Positions 1 through 12,586 of a stretch of 64,000 nt of DNA are shown here, piece by piece (position 1 is the first letter of the stretch; every line of letters begins with the position of its first letter). Below the pieces are notes generated by a model that searched no databases, was not told where the DNA came from, and saw only the letters and a program-made list of their open reading frames with translations. The stretch comes from Eledone cirrhosa (Eukaryota): the NCBI GenBank assembly GCA_964016885.1, contig OZ024742.1, positions 107,198,001 to 107,262,000 of the forward strand, written 5' to 3'. Position numbers and translations under genes: made by a program.

Positions 1-1348
1 GTCCATACCAACGCAACCTCCTCTCCTGCACACAGCATTTGATTCCTCTTATGCTCAGTCTCTCTCAATTCGTTTATGCTTTGCTGTTCGCATATATTAC
101 TATTATACATCCATCGGAGCATGCAGGCTTTGTTTCTTTCTAATCTACGCAAGTCTTCTACAGACAGCGTCCAGGTCTCACTACCATGTAACATTGCTGT
201 TCGTATAAACGCATCATACAGTCTGCCTTTCATTTTGAGGGAAAAGCCTTTTGCAGCTAGCAGTGGCAGTAACTCCCTCAATTTCTTCCATCCCGTTCTT
301 AGCCTAATTATTGTACTTTCCGAACACCCACCTCCGCTGCTAATTCAGTCACCTAGGTAGCAGAAGCTGTCTACTGTTGCTACAGAGCCTTCCCAGAGTT
401 TGGTGGTGCTTGTTTCCTGTGGCTGTTTGCTGCTTGCTGTCCCAGCGCAGCTGCTACATGTAAAGCCTACATTCTTAGTTAAGCTTCCTGAGATCCCACT
501 ACATCTCTTGGGTACCCATTGTTTGCATTTGGGGCAGAGGATGAAGTTCCTACCTACACCTTTCCTACATACTGAGCAAGGCCATTTGCCTGAGGGGATC
601 TGGGTTCTTTTTTCTCATCTACTTACGAGGACCTTAGTCTTTGTCAGGTTGACTTTGAGACCATTTCTTTCTAGTCCCTGCTTCCATGTTTGGAATTTCT
701 TCTCTAGTTCCACCATGGATTCAGCTCTAAGTGCGAGATCATCCACATATAGGAGTTCCCATGGTCATAAACTCCTCCGTTACTGCCTGCAATACTATAA
801 TGAACAGGAGAGGGCTAAGAACAAAGCCCTGGTGGACACCGACCTGTATGCTAAATTCCTTGCTATAGTCATTGCTAACCCTAACTTTGCTGACTGCTCC
901 TCTATACATGGCTTGTACAGATTTCACAAGCCATTCATCTACTCCTAATTTTCTAAGAGCCTACCAGATTATAGCACAGGGGACTCTGTCGAAGGCTTTT
1001 TCAGATCGACGAATGCCAGGTAGAGCGGCTTACTTTTAGCTAGGTACTTTTCCTGTAACTGCCTGACCGGGAAGAAGGCATCAGTGGTGCCTTTTCCTGG
1101 TACAAACCCAAATTGCATCTCATCTAGTTTCACCCGGTCCCTAATCAACTTTGCTGACTGCTCCCCTATACATAGCTTGTACAGCTTCCACAAGCCATTC
1201 ATCTACTCCTAATTTTTCTAATAGCACGGGGGACTCTGTCAAAGGCTTTTTCCAGATCAACGAATGCAAGGTAGAGCAGCTTACTTTTAGCTAGGTACTT
1301 TTCCTGCAACTGCCTCACAAGGAAGAGGGCATTTTCCTGGCACAAACC

Positions 1349-1352
<4 letters not shown>
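1..1352 (-). mobile_element. Decayed RTE-clade LINE reverse transcriptase fragment (runs off the left edge)
   Basis: Minus-strand translation gives QFGFVPGKGTTDA, YLAFVDL.KAFDRVP, GVHQG..LSPLLF and a YVDD motif, with frameshifts and stops. 1151-1352 is a second, more diverged copy of part of the same RT segment. Confidence 0.92.
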
Positions 1353-1393
<41 letters not shown>

Positions 1394-1395
<2 letters not shown>

Positions 1396-1712
1396 TCCAC
1401 ACCACCCCTTTCAATGTAAAGTTATGTTGGTACCACAACATCCAGGCCGAAACAAATGAGGTCGTGTAGGTGTCACGACAAAAAAACACACAGTCGACTC
1501 TGTAATGTGGCCGTGTAGGTAACACGGTAAAAACCTCCCAGTTCCACACTGTAAATGTGGTTGGTGTTAGGAAGGACATCCAGCCGTAGAAAACCCGCCA
1601 GACAGTCCTATGCGAGCAAGACAACCACTCTTGCCTCAAGTGGGAAAACTCCCGTCCAAACCCATGCAAGCGTGGAATATGGACGTTAAACGATGATGAT
1701 GATGATGATGAT
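1394..1712 (+). mobile_element. 5'-truncated RTE 3' end with (GAT)n tail
   Basis: Contains the gtggttggtgttaggaagg.catccagcc motif and ggacgttaaacgatgatgat tail shared with the 3' end of the LINE at 9780-10113; flanked by TA repeats. Confidence 0.8.
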
Positions 1713-2149
1713 CTATATCTATATATATCAGATAGGGTGTGGACTATAACCCACCAGAGTACTCGATACTTGGGGTAGTAGAGTGGGTAATATGAAAAGA
1801 TTCAGGACCCTGAGTTTGATCTAACTGTCAAAACAGCCAGAGCTCAGCCGTTGGGGTCCTGAATCTTTTCATATATCTATATATCTATCTATCTCTCTCT
1901 ATATATATAGAGAGAGAGAGAGGTAGAGGTAGATAGATAGACAGATAGATAGATAGATAGATATAGATAGATATATATAATCATCCTCATTTAACATAGA
2001 AGGGTCCCTACTAACAAGGGTTCAATGGGTCTTCACAGATAAAGTTAGTACTCAACTGAAACTACTGACCTCTTAGATGGGCTGGGAGTGGGGTCTTGCA
2101 TCTTGCTTACATATGATCCTGCATTCTATCAAGTGTATTTTATTGTTAC

Positions 2150-2500
2150 ACCAGCAGTAGGAAGGTTGTTATGTTTTTTACACAGCTGAAGGGTTCTTCT
2201 AACCCTTTGTTTGGCAAGCTTTCTATGGCTGGATGCCTTTCCCACCACCAACTACTTTACCATGTGTACTAGGTGCATGTATCCTGTAGATCACCAATAC
2301 TAGGAAGGATATATATCATCATCATCATTTAATATCCATTTTCATCAACACTAAGGAAGTTATCATGTCTATGACACAGCTGAAGAGTCCTCTTGACCCT
2401 TTGTCTGGCAAGTTTTTTATGACTAGATGCCCTTCCTATCACCAAATACTTTACAGTTTGTACTGGATGTTTATCATGTAGACCACCAACACTAGAGAGG
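2150..2500 (-). repeat. ~143-bp tandem-unit repeat related to the RTE 3' UTR motif
   Basis: Reverse complement of the units at 18137-18435 and 34170-34615. Confidence 0.6.
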
Positions 2501-3244
2501 CTGTTATGCCACTGGCTCAACAAAAGAATTCTATCGCCACCCACCTTACAGGATGTACTTGGTGCATTTATCATGGCACATCACTGACTCAACTGAAGAG
2601 CTCTATGGGTGGGAGTGAGGTGTATGGTTTCAAACAAATGAAACATTTCTAGTCCTGTATTTCTATATGAAATAATATGTACCCTCTCTTCTAATGTATT
2701 GAGTACCTTATTTAACTGTGGTTCACATCTATTTCTCTTTGGAAATTCAAATTTCTCTCAAAATACTCCCTAATGTCTTTAAATAAACGAAGAACACAAT
2801 GGATAATGATGTCCTAGAGATAAACTATGTCTGAAAATAGGTCAAGATGGTCAAAGCTGGAACATGGCTAACCATAGATTTGCTTGATTAACAAGATATT
2901 GAAGTACTAGCAACTAAACCCTATCACCATACTTCCAACATAATGTTAATTAATACAACAAAACTGCACTTCATCTCCTGCTTGATTGGTACTCGGGTTT
3001 TGCAGAGCCAACAGCTAAGTCATCAAATACCAGTTAACCAAGATACATATCTGGTACATTGGACACAAAACCAACAATTTTGTGGGGAGGGGAAAGTTAA
3101 TTATACCATCTTTGACTGGTACTTTATTTTATCAACCTTAAAACAAATACAGCTAAGCATTTATCCAATGTTCTAAAGAGTCTGCCAATCCACCACCCTC
3201 ACCCTAATCCACCACACTTTAATATATACATATTAAATATGAAA

Positions 3245-3455
3245 ATGGTTCTGATTCAAGGCCAACAATTTTGGGGGAAAGGGAAAGTTGATTAAATCTA
3301 CCCTAGAGCATTACTAGTACTTTATTTTATTGACCCCATAAGGATGAAAAGCAAAGCTAACCTCGGCAGGATTTGAACTCAGAAAGTAAAGGGCCAAGAC
3401 TCTATGCCGTTAAGCATGTTGTCCAACATTCAACCGATTCTGTCAATCCACCAAT
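3245..3455 (-). mobile_element. tRNA-derived SINE with Meta-like core
   Basis: B-box-like gagttcaaatcc and core ctttgc.tttcatcctt..gggtcaataaaataaagtac on the minus strand; more than 10 copies in the window. Confidence 0.8.
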
Positions 3456-4177
3456 AATATATAATAATGGTTTTATTTATTGACCACAAGGGCCAATCCG
3501 ATAATATATAATAACAACTCTGCTACATGCATACAGTTGCTCCATCAATAAATGTTTGTTGTTATTTTTAATATTTATGAATTTACAGCTTAACAATAAT
3601 ATCTAAGTATGTCTCATCCAATCCATGCCAGGATAGAAAGACAGGTACAACCTATAATGTACTACCAGATATCAGCCACTCTCTTCAAGTCTACCTCCAC
3701 AAACAAACATTTACTCTCCCTTTTTCCTTCATTTTACATACAATATTTACGATGTACCAAATATAATGAATTGAAACTTTTCAGAATCAGCAGATAGGTC
3801 ACAAGCTGGAACAGATAAGACAAGGAATCCCATCTAGTACTCTAACCATTCCATCAATTTACCACCCCAGACTGGTACTTTACTTATCAACTTCAAATCA
3901 ATGAAATGCAAAGTTGACAACAGGATTTGAACTCAGAGTGCAGCACACTGGAACAAATACTGTAAGACATTTAATCCAATATCGAATAGTCTAACAACTT
4001 TGTCCATTTGCCACCTTTTTATATAAAGGTTGGCTGAAACGTTCATAGGTTGACCATATATAAGCTATCAGAAAATCCAGTGATCTGAAAAGATATCCAA
4101 GTGGAAGTTCAAGTAGAGTCCAGGTAAAAATTCAGTTCCAAGGTGAAAATCCAATGAATTATATATACATAAATATA

Positions 4178-4378
4178 CATGGGTTAACTGAAAAGTTCAT
4201 AGGCTGACCAAGATACTCTCATGGAATGACCATATGAGGTTTATTTTTCAACATAGTCCCTGGAGAGAAACAATGTAGTTATTAATAGGAAGAGTTGAAA
4301 TTAATGCATACAAGATTTCACTGCTCTAGCATCACTCCTTCATAGTCAGCCTATGAACTTTTCAGCAGACCTTCATAT
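4178..4378. mobile_element. Mariner-type MITE
   Basis: TIRs ctgaaaagttcataggctgac / gtcagcctatgaacttttcag; same family as 12965 and 46331. Confidence 0.8.
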
Positions 4379-4861
4379 TACTGAAATTGATTCCATTGAT
4401 TAGTCTGCTCTTCAATAAAACTATGACCTTGTAAGAAATCAAAACCTAACATAAGTAGAATTCCCGGTGTAGTAAATTGCTTTTTTCCAATTGTAGAGCT
4501 AAGAAGATAGTGGTGTGTTTTAAGCCTTTAGCATTCACATTACTCTATATTTACTACTGTATTTTCATATTAAAGGCTTTATCTTACATAATTATCTCAC
4601 ATAATATCAAATCTAATATGTTTTAATTATTCGTAAATAGGTCTAGCTTTTCACACACAGATAATATACATATACTCATAAATGTTCTGAAGTGAGTGTT
4701 CTACAATCTGAGCTAAAGCAAGGAAGCTGCTAAATGAGAAAATTGGGTAAAATACCTCTGGAGACAAAAAAAAGTGGATGTAGGTAACTTTTTTCTACCT
4801 CCATGGGCACTTTACCTGATTTTCTCAACTATTATTTATAGTGATCAGCTATTGTTATTAT

Positions 4862-5075
4862 GGTCAATTGGCAGTATCAGTAGAGCATTGGACACCATGA
4901 TTTGCAGCATAGTGTTATGGCCCTTTATGGTCTGAGTTCAAATTCTGCCGAGGTTAGCTTTACCTTTCATCTTTACAGGGCGGGTAAAATAAAGTACCAG
5001 TAATGAATTGGAGTTGATTTAATCAACTTTCCCCTCCCCCAAAATTGTTGGCCTTGTACTTAAAATCAGAAACCA
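4862..5075 (+). mobile_element. tRNA-derived SINE with Meta-like core
   Basis: A-box-like tggcagtatcagtagag, B-box gagttcaaattc, core and 3' tail. Confidence 0.8.
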
Positions 5076-5129
5076 TTATTATGGTCAGTTGCACATATTT
5101 CAAATTTCCCAATGCTTCTTAAATCAGCT

Positions 5130-5665
5130 ATTGTTTATATTTATCTAAAAACTTTCCATAATTTTATGTAAACTACTTCTGTTGAGTTATGCTCTAAACA
5201 CCAGATTAATTTTGAGAAAATTTAAATATTCTACTAACTCTTTTCAAATTCTTGATTGTTTTCAAAAATTATTTGAAAATCATAAACAGTGTCTTTCATT
5301 AGAAATATGGTAATGAAAGGGTTAACGTGTTTATATTATCTAAAGACTTTCCATAATAATTTTATATAAACTTCTTCTGTTGAGTTATACTCACCAGATT
5401 AATTACGAGAAAGTTTAGATTTTTTTCGCAAAATTATTTGAAAATCATAAATAGTGTCTTTCATAATGAAAGAGTTAAAGTGTTTATATTATCTAAAAAC
5501 TTACCATCATAATTTTATGTAAACTTCTTGTTAAGTTAGGCTGTAAACATCAAATTCATTTTGAGAAAATTTAAATATACTACTAAATCTTTTTAAATTC
5601 TTGATTGTTTTCAAAAATTATTTTGAAATCATAAGCAGTGTCTTTTATTAGTAATGAAATGGATT
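5130..5665. repeat. Three degenerate tandem copies of an AT-rich piggyBac-type MITE end
   Basis: Repeated gtttatattatctaaa.acttt.cat...gagaaaattt units; one ends aaagggttaa. Related to 12590-12780 and 62868-63010. Confidence 0.55.
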
Positions 5666-6116
5666 ATCTAATAAAAACTCATTAACTGAGATTCTTTTTT
5701 TTTAATTAATAGTTATTGTTGGTGTTTAACCCTATGTCAGTCCTAATAGAGCTGTTCTATGATCAAAGGCATTCTGACTACAACCATCCTGTACTTTTTT
5801 AGATGGGTGTGTCAGGTGCAGCATGTAGTAGTAGTGGAGGCGATGGTGGCAGTTAACAGCAGCAGCAGCAACAGTAGCAACACCACCACCAACAACAACA
5901 GCAACACAATTTAGGACTGCAAACAGCTCCAACATCTCAACCTCACAACATTTCAACCCTTCAAAGGTTTCATCAAGTAACATAGTTTTGTTGTTGTTGT
6001 TGTTTTCTCTTTTTGTGTAGAGCCAAGAGTCTGTCTGTGGCAAAAGTCAACAGAGATATGAAATTTGGTGGTATTTACTGTGAACTAGAAATCCAAATAT
6101 GAAGAGATACAATTAA

Positions 6117-6200
6117 ATGTTACTATTATTGTCAGATGTCACCACAGAATTAATCAGATTTACTGCTGCATCAACTCAACACATACAGTCAGTCCACTTT
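6117..6200 (+). CDS. Candidate coding exon 1 of a small uncharacterised gene
   Basis: ATG at 6117, 28 codons (MLLLLSDVTTELIRFTAASTQHIQSVHF), phase-0 donor gtatgt; an upstream acceptor tttttgtgtag at 6020 would give a 5' UTR. Confidence 0.35.
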
Positions 6201-6281
6201 GTATGTATTCTTCTGTTCTTGTTATTACTAAAACATTAAAGCTTGCAACAACACAATATATCTTTGTCTATGTATGTTTAT

Positions 6282-6327
<46 letters not shown>

Positions 6328-6328
6328 T

Positions 6329-6700
6329 ATCATCATCATCATCACCAATTTACATTCATTCTTCCACGCTAGCATGGGTTAGACGGGTTGTCCTGTTGTG
6401 GGCAGTGTCCGGTTGGCTGACCTTGTCTTGCTCATACGGGAACTGATTCTGGCTTGATTTCTACAACTGGATGCCCTTCCTAACACCAACCTTATTTACA
6501 GTGAGTGGTGGGTGCTTTTTTTCCCGTGGCGCCTACACGACCACTTTACAGTGTGGGCTGGGTGCTTTTTTGCCGTGGCACCTTCACGACCACTTTGCAG
6601 TGGGAGGGGGTGGGAGCATATTGTCTATATGCTTCAGCTTCAGCTTATACCCGTGGGAAGTCGGGTCTTCTGTATTACTGCGTGACGCCAGAGGTCATGG
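6329..6700 (-). mobile_element. RTE 3' end including the last ORF codons
   Basis: Reverse complement of ~9730-10110; (CAT)n at the left end; TA repeats on both sides. Confidence 0.85.
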
Positions 6701-6701
6701 T

Positions 6702-6786
<85 letters not shown>

Positions 6787-6788
6787 TT

Positions 6789-7238
6789 AATTAGAAAGTG
6801 AAGAACACAAAATATAACTACTCCATTACCAAAGGTTTCTGGATCACAGACAATAACAGTATATACGTCTGGATCGTCTAATTAAATAGCTCTGTTCTAT
6901 ACATAGAGCACTCTTTTTTCCTTTGCTTTTCCTTTGGAATTACGTAACACATAAACAGCTCCTAACGGGAATGATCAACGCAAATTCTGCATATTTATGA
7001 GATTGGCTTCTTCCAGCCTGATAAGTTGAACACTCTACAATTATAAGGAAATTTACCAACACTTAAGAGATAACATCTCTATCTGACGACCGATCCAGAA
7101 GTATATATTATTATCGTCTGTGATCCAGAAACCTTTGGTAATGGAGTAGTTATATTTTGTGTTGTTCACTTTATAATTAAATAGCTCTGTTCTATACAAA
7201 GAGCACTCTTTTTTCCTTTGCTTTTCCTTTGGAATTAC

Positions 7239-7246
<8 letters not shown>
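6789..7246 (+). mobile_element. Penelope-like non-coding element: partial tandem 295-bp unit with inverted 5' segment
   Basis: Direct repeat 6879-6951 / 7174-7246; inverted repeat 6789-6878 / 7088-7178; contains a hammerhead motif. Confidence 0.65.
7077..7146 (+). ncRNA. Type-I hammerhead ribozyme motif
   Basis: ctctat-CTGACGA-[stem II]-GAAA-cc ttt gg-TA|atggag: 6-bp stem I, GUA cleavage triplet; base of stem II is mismatched. Confidence 0.7.
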
Positions 7247-7306
<60 letters not shown>

Positions 7307-7317
7307 TATATATATAT

Positions 7318-7370
<53 letters not shown>

Positions 7371-7375
7371 ATATA

Positions 7376-7450
<75 letters not shown>

Positions 7451-7735
7451 GTATATGTAAGTGTATATATGGATTTTCTTTCTTGGAGTTGCTCGCACAT
7501 TCTCCGGTTTGTTGTTTTTTTTCGCTGTTTTTCTCTTTTCTTCTCTTTTTTCCCTTTTCCTTTCTATTTTCCTTCCCTCCCTCCTCCATTTTCCCAATAA
7601 CTCACCTAGTTATTGAACACTCTGGGAATAGATATATTGTCTTTAAAGCATTGAAATATCCAAGACCTCCAGTAGACAACTGATGAGGACCCCCCCCCCC
7701 CCTCGCCGTTCTTGCTTTCTTCTTAATTTTAAGCC

Positions 7736-7766
<31 letters not shown>

Positions 7767-8099
7767 AAATATATATGTTCAGGACTTACGTTCAGTCTCT
7801 GTATTAACTTCTCCCTCACTCTTCCCTCGGTTACTACAACTTACATGTACTGCTGTCTCGTGTTTCCCCTTCTCTATTGGTATGTTTTTCTTTTTTGTTT
7901 TCTTTTTTTGTCGTTCTCTTCGTTATTGTCTGTGTTTTTTTCCTGGATAATAATCCATCTTAGTTATGAACATAGTGTGGTGAGATGTACTGTCTTTAAT
8001 GCGTTCGAAACATCAGTGATCCACAGAAGACAGCCGATAAGCAGGAATTGTTGTTGTGTTTATGTTTGTGTTTCTCTTACGTTTTATATATCTATATAT

Positions 8100-10113
8100 G
8101 AAAGATTACTAAACGAGGAGAATGCATGGGAAAAAGAGACCCTTCCCCAAGTGGACCCTATAGATGGGCCGGCGTACGCAGTCACCAGCAGCGTAGTAAG
8201 TAAGGCAATCGAAGATATGAAGACAGGGAAGGCAACCGGTCCATTGGATATAGCTGCCGAGATGCTGAAGGCATCTGGGTCGGTAGGTCACACCATAACT
8301 ACACGAATTGTTAACCAGGTAATACTAGAGGGTATCATACCAAAGGATTGGTGCAGCAGCATCATTGTCATCTGCTACAAAGGTAAAGGTGATGCACTAG
8401 ATAGAGGAAACTATAAAGGTATAAAGCTGATGGACCAGGTCATGAAAGTAATGGAAAGAGTTATAGCACAGTTGATTAGGGACCGGGTGAAACTAGATGA
8501 GATGCAATTTGGGTTTGTACCAGGAAAAGGCACCACTGATGCCTTCTTCCCGGTCAGGCAGTTACAGGAAAAGTACCTAGCTAAAAGTAAGCCGCTCTAC
8601 CTGGCATTCGTCGATCTGAAAAAGCCTTCGACAGAGTCCCCTGTGCTATAATCTGGTAGGCTCTTAGAAAATTAGGAGTAGATGAATGGCTTGTGAAATC
8701 TGTACAAGCCATGTATAGAGGAGCAGTCAGCAAAGTTAGGGTTAGCAATGACTATAGCAAGGAATTTAGCATACAGGTCGGTGTCCACCAGGGCTTTGTT
8801 CTTAGCCCTCTCCTGTTCATTATAGTATTGCAGGCAGTAACGGAGGAGTTTATGACCATGGGAACTCCTATATGTGGATGATCTCGCACTTATAGCTGAA
8901 TCCATGGTGGAACTAGAGAAATTCCAAACATGGAAGCAGGGACTAGAAAGAAAGGGTCTCAAAGTGAACCTGACAATGACTAAGGTTCTTGTAAATGGCC
9001 TTGCTCATTATGTAGGAAAGGTGTAGGTAGAAACTCCATCCTCTCCCCCAAATGCAAACAATGGGTACACAAGATATGTAGTGGAATCTCAGGAAACTTA
9101 ACTAGGAATGTAGGCTTCATATGTAGCAGCTGCGTTGGGACAGCAAGCAGCAAACGACCACAGGAAACAAGCACCACCAATCTCTGGGAGGGCTCTGTAG
9201 CAACAGTAGACAGCTTCTGCTACCTAGGTGACCGAATTAGCAGTGGAGGTGGGTGTTCGGAAAGTACAATAATTAGGGTAAGAATGGGATGGAAGAAGTA
9301 CAGGGAGCTACTGCCACTGCTAGCTGCAAAAGGCTTTTCTCTCAAAATGAAAGGCAGACTGTATGATGCGTGTATACGAACAGCAATGTTACAGCGAGTG
9401 AAACCTAGGCGCTGTCTGTAGAAGACTTGCATAGATTAGAAAGAAACGAAGCTTGCATGCTCCGATGGATGTGTAATAGTAATATACGAGAACGGCAAAG
9501 TATAAATAAATTGAGAGAGAGACTGAGCATAAGAGGAATCAAATGCTGTGTGCAGGAGAGGAGGTTACGTTGGTATGGATATGTGATGCGTATGAAGGAT
9601 GACAGCTGCAATTTAATGTGCAGAGCACTAGAAGTCGATGGCAGCCGCAGAGTGGGGAGACCCAAGAAGACCTGGTATGAGGTGATAAAAGCCGACCTTA
9701 CCCAATTGCACCTCTCAAGGGCGATGACACATGACCGTGACCTCTGGTGTCACGCAGTAATACAGAAGACCTGACTTCCCACAGGAATAAGCCGAAGCTG
9801 AAGCATATAGACAATATGCCCCCATCCCCTCCCACTGCAAAGTGGTCGTGGAGGTGACACGGCAAATAAACACCCAGCCCACACTGTAAAGTGGACGTGT
9901 AGGTGCCACGGAAAAAAAGCACCCGGCACTCACTGTAAATGAGGTTGGTGTTAAGAAGGGCATCCAGCTGTAGAAATCAAGCCAGAATTAGTTCCTGTAT
10001 GAGCAAGACAAGGTCAGCCGACTGGACACTGCACACAACAGGACAACCCGTCTAACCCATGCTAGCGTGGAAGAACGGACGTAAAACGGTGATGATGATG
10101 ATGATGATGATGA
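8100..10113 (+). mobile_element. 5'-truncated RTE-clade LINE (decayed RT ORF, 3' UTR, (GAT)n tail)
   Basis: KATGPLDI.AEMLK, YKGKGD...GNYKGIKL, QFGFVPGKGTTDA, RLRWYGYVMR, GRPKKTW; frameshifts and stops; TA repeat at the 5' junction. Confidence 0.95.
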
Positions 10114-10540
10114 TAGGTAGAACACTGAGAGGTTAGATCTATAGTAAGTAGAGCACTCAGTCCATAAGACGAATTCAGTATAAAGTTAGTTCCACAACAT
10201 ATTAGCAAACCCTCTTTGAGGACAAATGTTTCACTCAACGGATTTTCTAGTTTGAGTTGAATATCCGTTGGGTGAAACACGTGTCTTCAAAGATGGTTGG
10301 CTAATATGTTGTGGAACTTTATATATATACATATATGTCATGTCTGTTAGGCTGTTTACCAATTGGTAGAACCGGTGGTTCGAGTTTGTAAACGATGATA
10401 CAACAAATTAATTAAAGCAATCAACATTATGAAAATCATCCATCGTAGATGTGGTATCCAGCAGTAGGTGCAGGAACGGAGTAAAGTATTCAAACAACAA
10501 CAGAAGACCAGAATGGAAAATTTACTTTAGAATTTTAATT

Positions 10541-10608
10541 CCGCATATTTCGATGACCCAGCTCTATCATCTGATTATGATGCAAGACTAGGCTATTTCA
10601 TCAGGTGT
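10541..10608 (-). ncRNA. Degenerate hammerhead motif
   Basis: acacCTGATGA-long stem II-GAAA tatg; the cleavage-site region is decayed. Same flank as 28833-28890. Confidence 0.4.
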
Positions 10609-10689
10609 TATTTGCAGAATTATGTAACAGGATTACGTTGAACCCAAACATAGAACAGAAAATAGGAGACAGAAAAAAAAAATAGAAGG

Positions 10690-10851
10690 TGGAAAATGGT
10701 GTTAGGAAGAACATCCAGCCATAGAAGCCAGACCAAAATACAGATCTGTATGAGTAAGATGTGGTCACTTGACTTGCCTTGTCCCATAATGTGAAAATCC
10801 ATCTAACACATGCAATCCTGGAAAATGGATGTTAAACAATGAAGATGATGA

Positions 10852-10855
<4 letters not shown>
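10690..10855 (+). mobile_element. RTE 3' end
   Basis: ggtgttaggaagaacatccagcc ... gatgttaaacaatgaagatgatgat, followed by (TA)n. Confidence 0.7.
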
Positions 10856-10922
<67 letters not shown>

Positions 10923-11017
10923 TGGTAACATAAACGGACCAGTTATTTTTCTTGAACATTTTTTCTGCTCTGCCCGTCCCCTCAATCTTTCTATTTCTTC
11001 TTTAATTCCTCATTCTA

Positions 11018-11053
11018 TCATCTGATGAAGGACTAGCGTCTGAAACGTTAAGA
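11018..11053 (+). ncRNA. Minimal type-I hammerhead motif within a ~200-bp repeat (~10935-11145)
   Basis: CTGATGA-a-ggac tagc gtct-GAAA-cg-TT; palindromic ACGT helix III; paralog at 15697-15732. Confidence 0.6.
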
Positions 11054-11143
11054 CCCTTTTTTCCTACTATATCAAACATAACACTAATAATATATTTCTT
11101 CATTGTACTGTGTTATTTGCTTTGTTATTTCTGTTTGCCTTTT

Positions 11144-11188
<45 letters not shown>

Positions 11189-11467
11189 CATATAAATATA
11201 TACACTGAATATGGAAGAAAGTTTAATGCACCACAGGAATTTAATATAAGGTTATCATACCACCACAAATTGTTATTCACACATGCACACATAAATGTAC
11301 ACAAATACACACGCACAAACACTAACACATACATAGACACATGATACACACTGTCATATTTGCATAAAGATGTAGAAATTATAAAATACTTAGCAACTGC
11401 ACTTACATGAAGTTATATTCACATGCATGTACACATGCAATAACACACACATTCGCACACACACACT

Positions 11468-11516
<49 letters not shown>

Positions 11517-11634
11517 TCAGACAAATATAGTAAGTTACTATGTACATATTCAACATATAGACACATAAAAACATACATACACAGGCCCTTACACACGCGC
11601 GCACACAGCATGGTAGTATACATAAATGACGAGG

Positions 11635-11737
11635 ACAGTGATGATAATGATGATGATGATGATGATGATGACGACAATGATGACAATGATAATGATAGTT
11701 GATGGCGATGATGATGATGATGATGATGATGTTGATG
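11635..11737. repeat. (GAT)n microsatellite
   Basis: Direct inspection. Confidence 0.9.
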
Positions 11738-11742
11738 CATAG

Positions 11743-11967
11743 TTTACTCAACACCTCCATATACACGAAACTGCAAAGAATGTTCCGGAAGGACAATTAA
11801 ATCTGACATTTGATGGTAAGTTTCATTATTATAATGCGTGTGGGAGAGAAATCTCCTTTTCCTACAGCCAACATTGCTTAACTGACAACCAGCCATCTTG
11901 GGCACTTCGTTATGTTGTCATGTCCAAAAATGGAAATCCTAGGGACTCCTTCATCAAAAAATATTAT
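11743..11967 (+). CDS. Candidate coding exon 2
   Basis: ag at 11741-42, 75 open codons of non-repetitive sequence (FTQHLHIHETAKNVPEGQLNLTFDGKFHYYNACGREISFSYSQHCL...SFIKKYY), phase-0 gt at 11968; weak pyrimidine tract. Confidence 0.45.
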
Positions 11968-12254
11968 GTTTGTATTGTATATAAGTTTCAAATTTCTGGA
12001 AATCTGTTTAGAATAATTTTATTTTAACACATCCAGCTAATATTTCAATTGATAGCTCCTCTGATTCTTTTATAGCCTGCTTTCTAACAAAGTATTACAA
12101 CTATTATACTATCTAGTATTTAAAATTAGGTCCTTTGATTAAGTAATTCCAATTTATTTTTCAATATTCAATAGTTTTACATGTAGTTTCATGCAGTGAG
12201 ACAAGTTGAACAATTAATGTTGGTGGTCTGTGACTGATATTATCAAATCCTAGA

Positions 12255-12465
12255 GGGCTGTATTGGAAGCATCAGTAGAGAATCGGACAAAATGTGGTAT
12301 TTAGTTACAGCAATTTACATTCTAAGTTCAAATCCTACCTAAGTCAACATTGCCTTTCATCTTTCCATGGTCAATAAAATAAAGTGCCAGTCAAATACTA
12401 GGGTTGATATAATCAATTTTCCCTTTCCCTAAATTTCTAACCTTGTATCTAAATTAGAAACCAAT
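12255..12465 (+). mobile_element. tRNA-derived SINE with Meta-like core
   Basis: Same family as 4862. Confidence 0.75.
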
Positions 12466-12500
12466 ATTTATTTGTTTATTTATCTATTTATTCTAGAAAG

Positions 12501-12586
12501 GCAAGTGAACATGCAGAGGCTGTTGTTCTTAAAGTCAATGAAGCTAGAACAAACACCAACTTCTTGATATTTTGGAGACAACTTAG
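12501..12586 (+). CDS. Candidate coding exon 3
   Basis: T-rich tract plus ttctagaaag acceptor; ASEHAEAVVLKVNEARTNTNFLIFWRQL; phase-2 donor AG|gt. Confidence 0.4.

Noticed and set aside
4862-4960. tRNA genes in SINE heads
   Set aside because: Only A/B-box remnants without a cloverleaf; part of SINEs.
7650-7700. gaaatatc...ctgatgagg as a type-II hammerhead
   Set aside because: No pairing for stem I or stem II.
7683-8651. 322-aa ORF as a gene
   Set aside because: Chance read-through from low-complexity DNA into a truncated RTE RT that ends in a frameshift.
11816-11867. 52-bp intron (gtaagt...tttcctacag)
   Set aside because: Splicing it breaks the frame, whereas read-through stays open.
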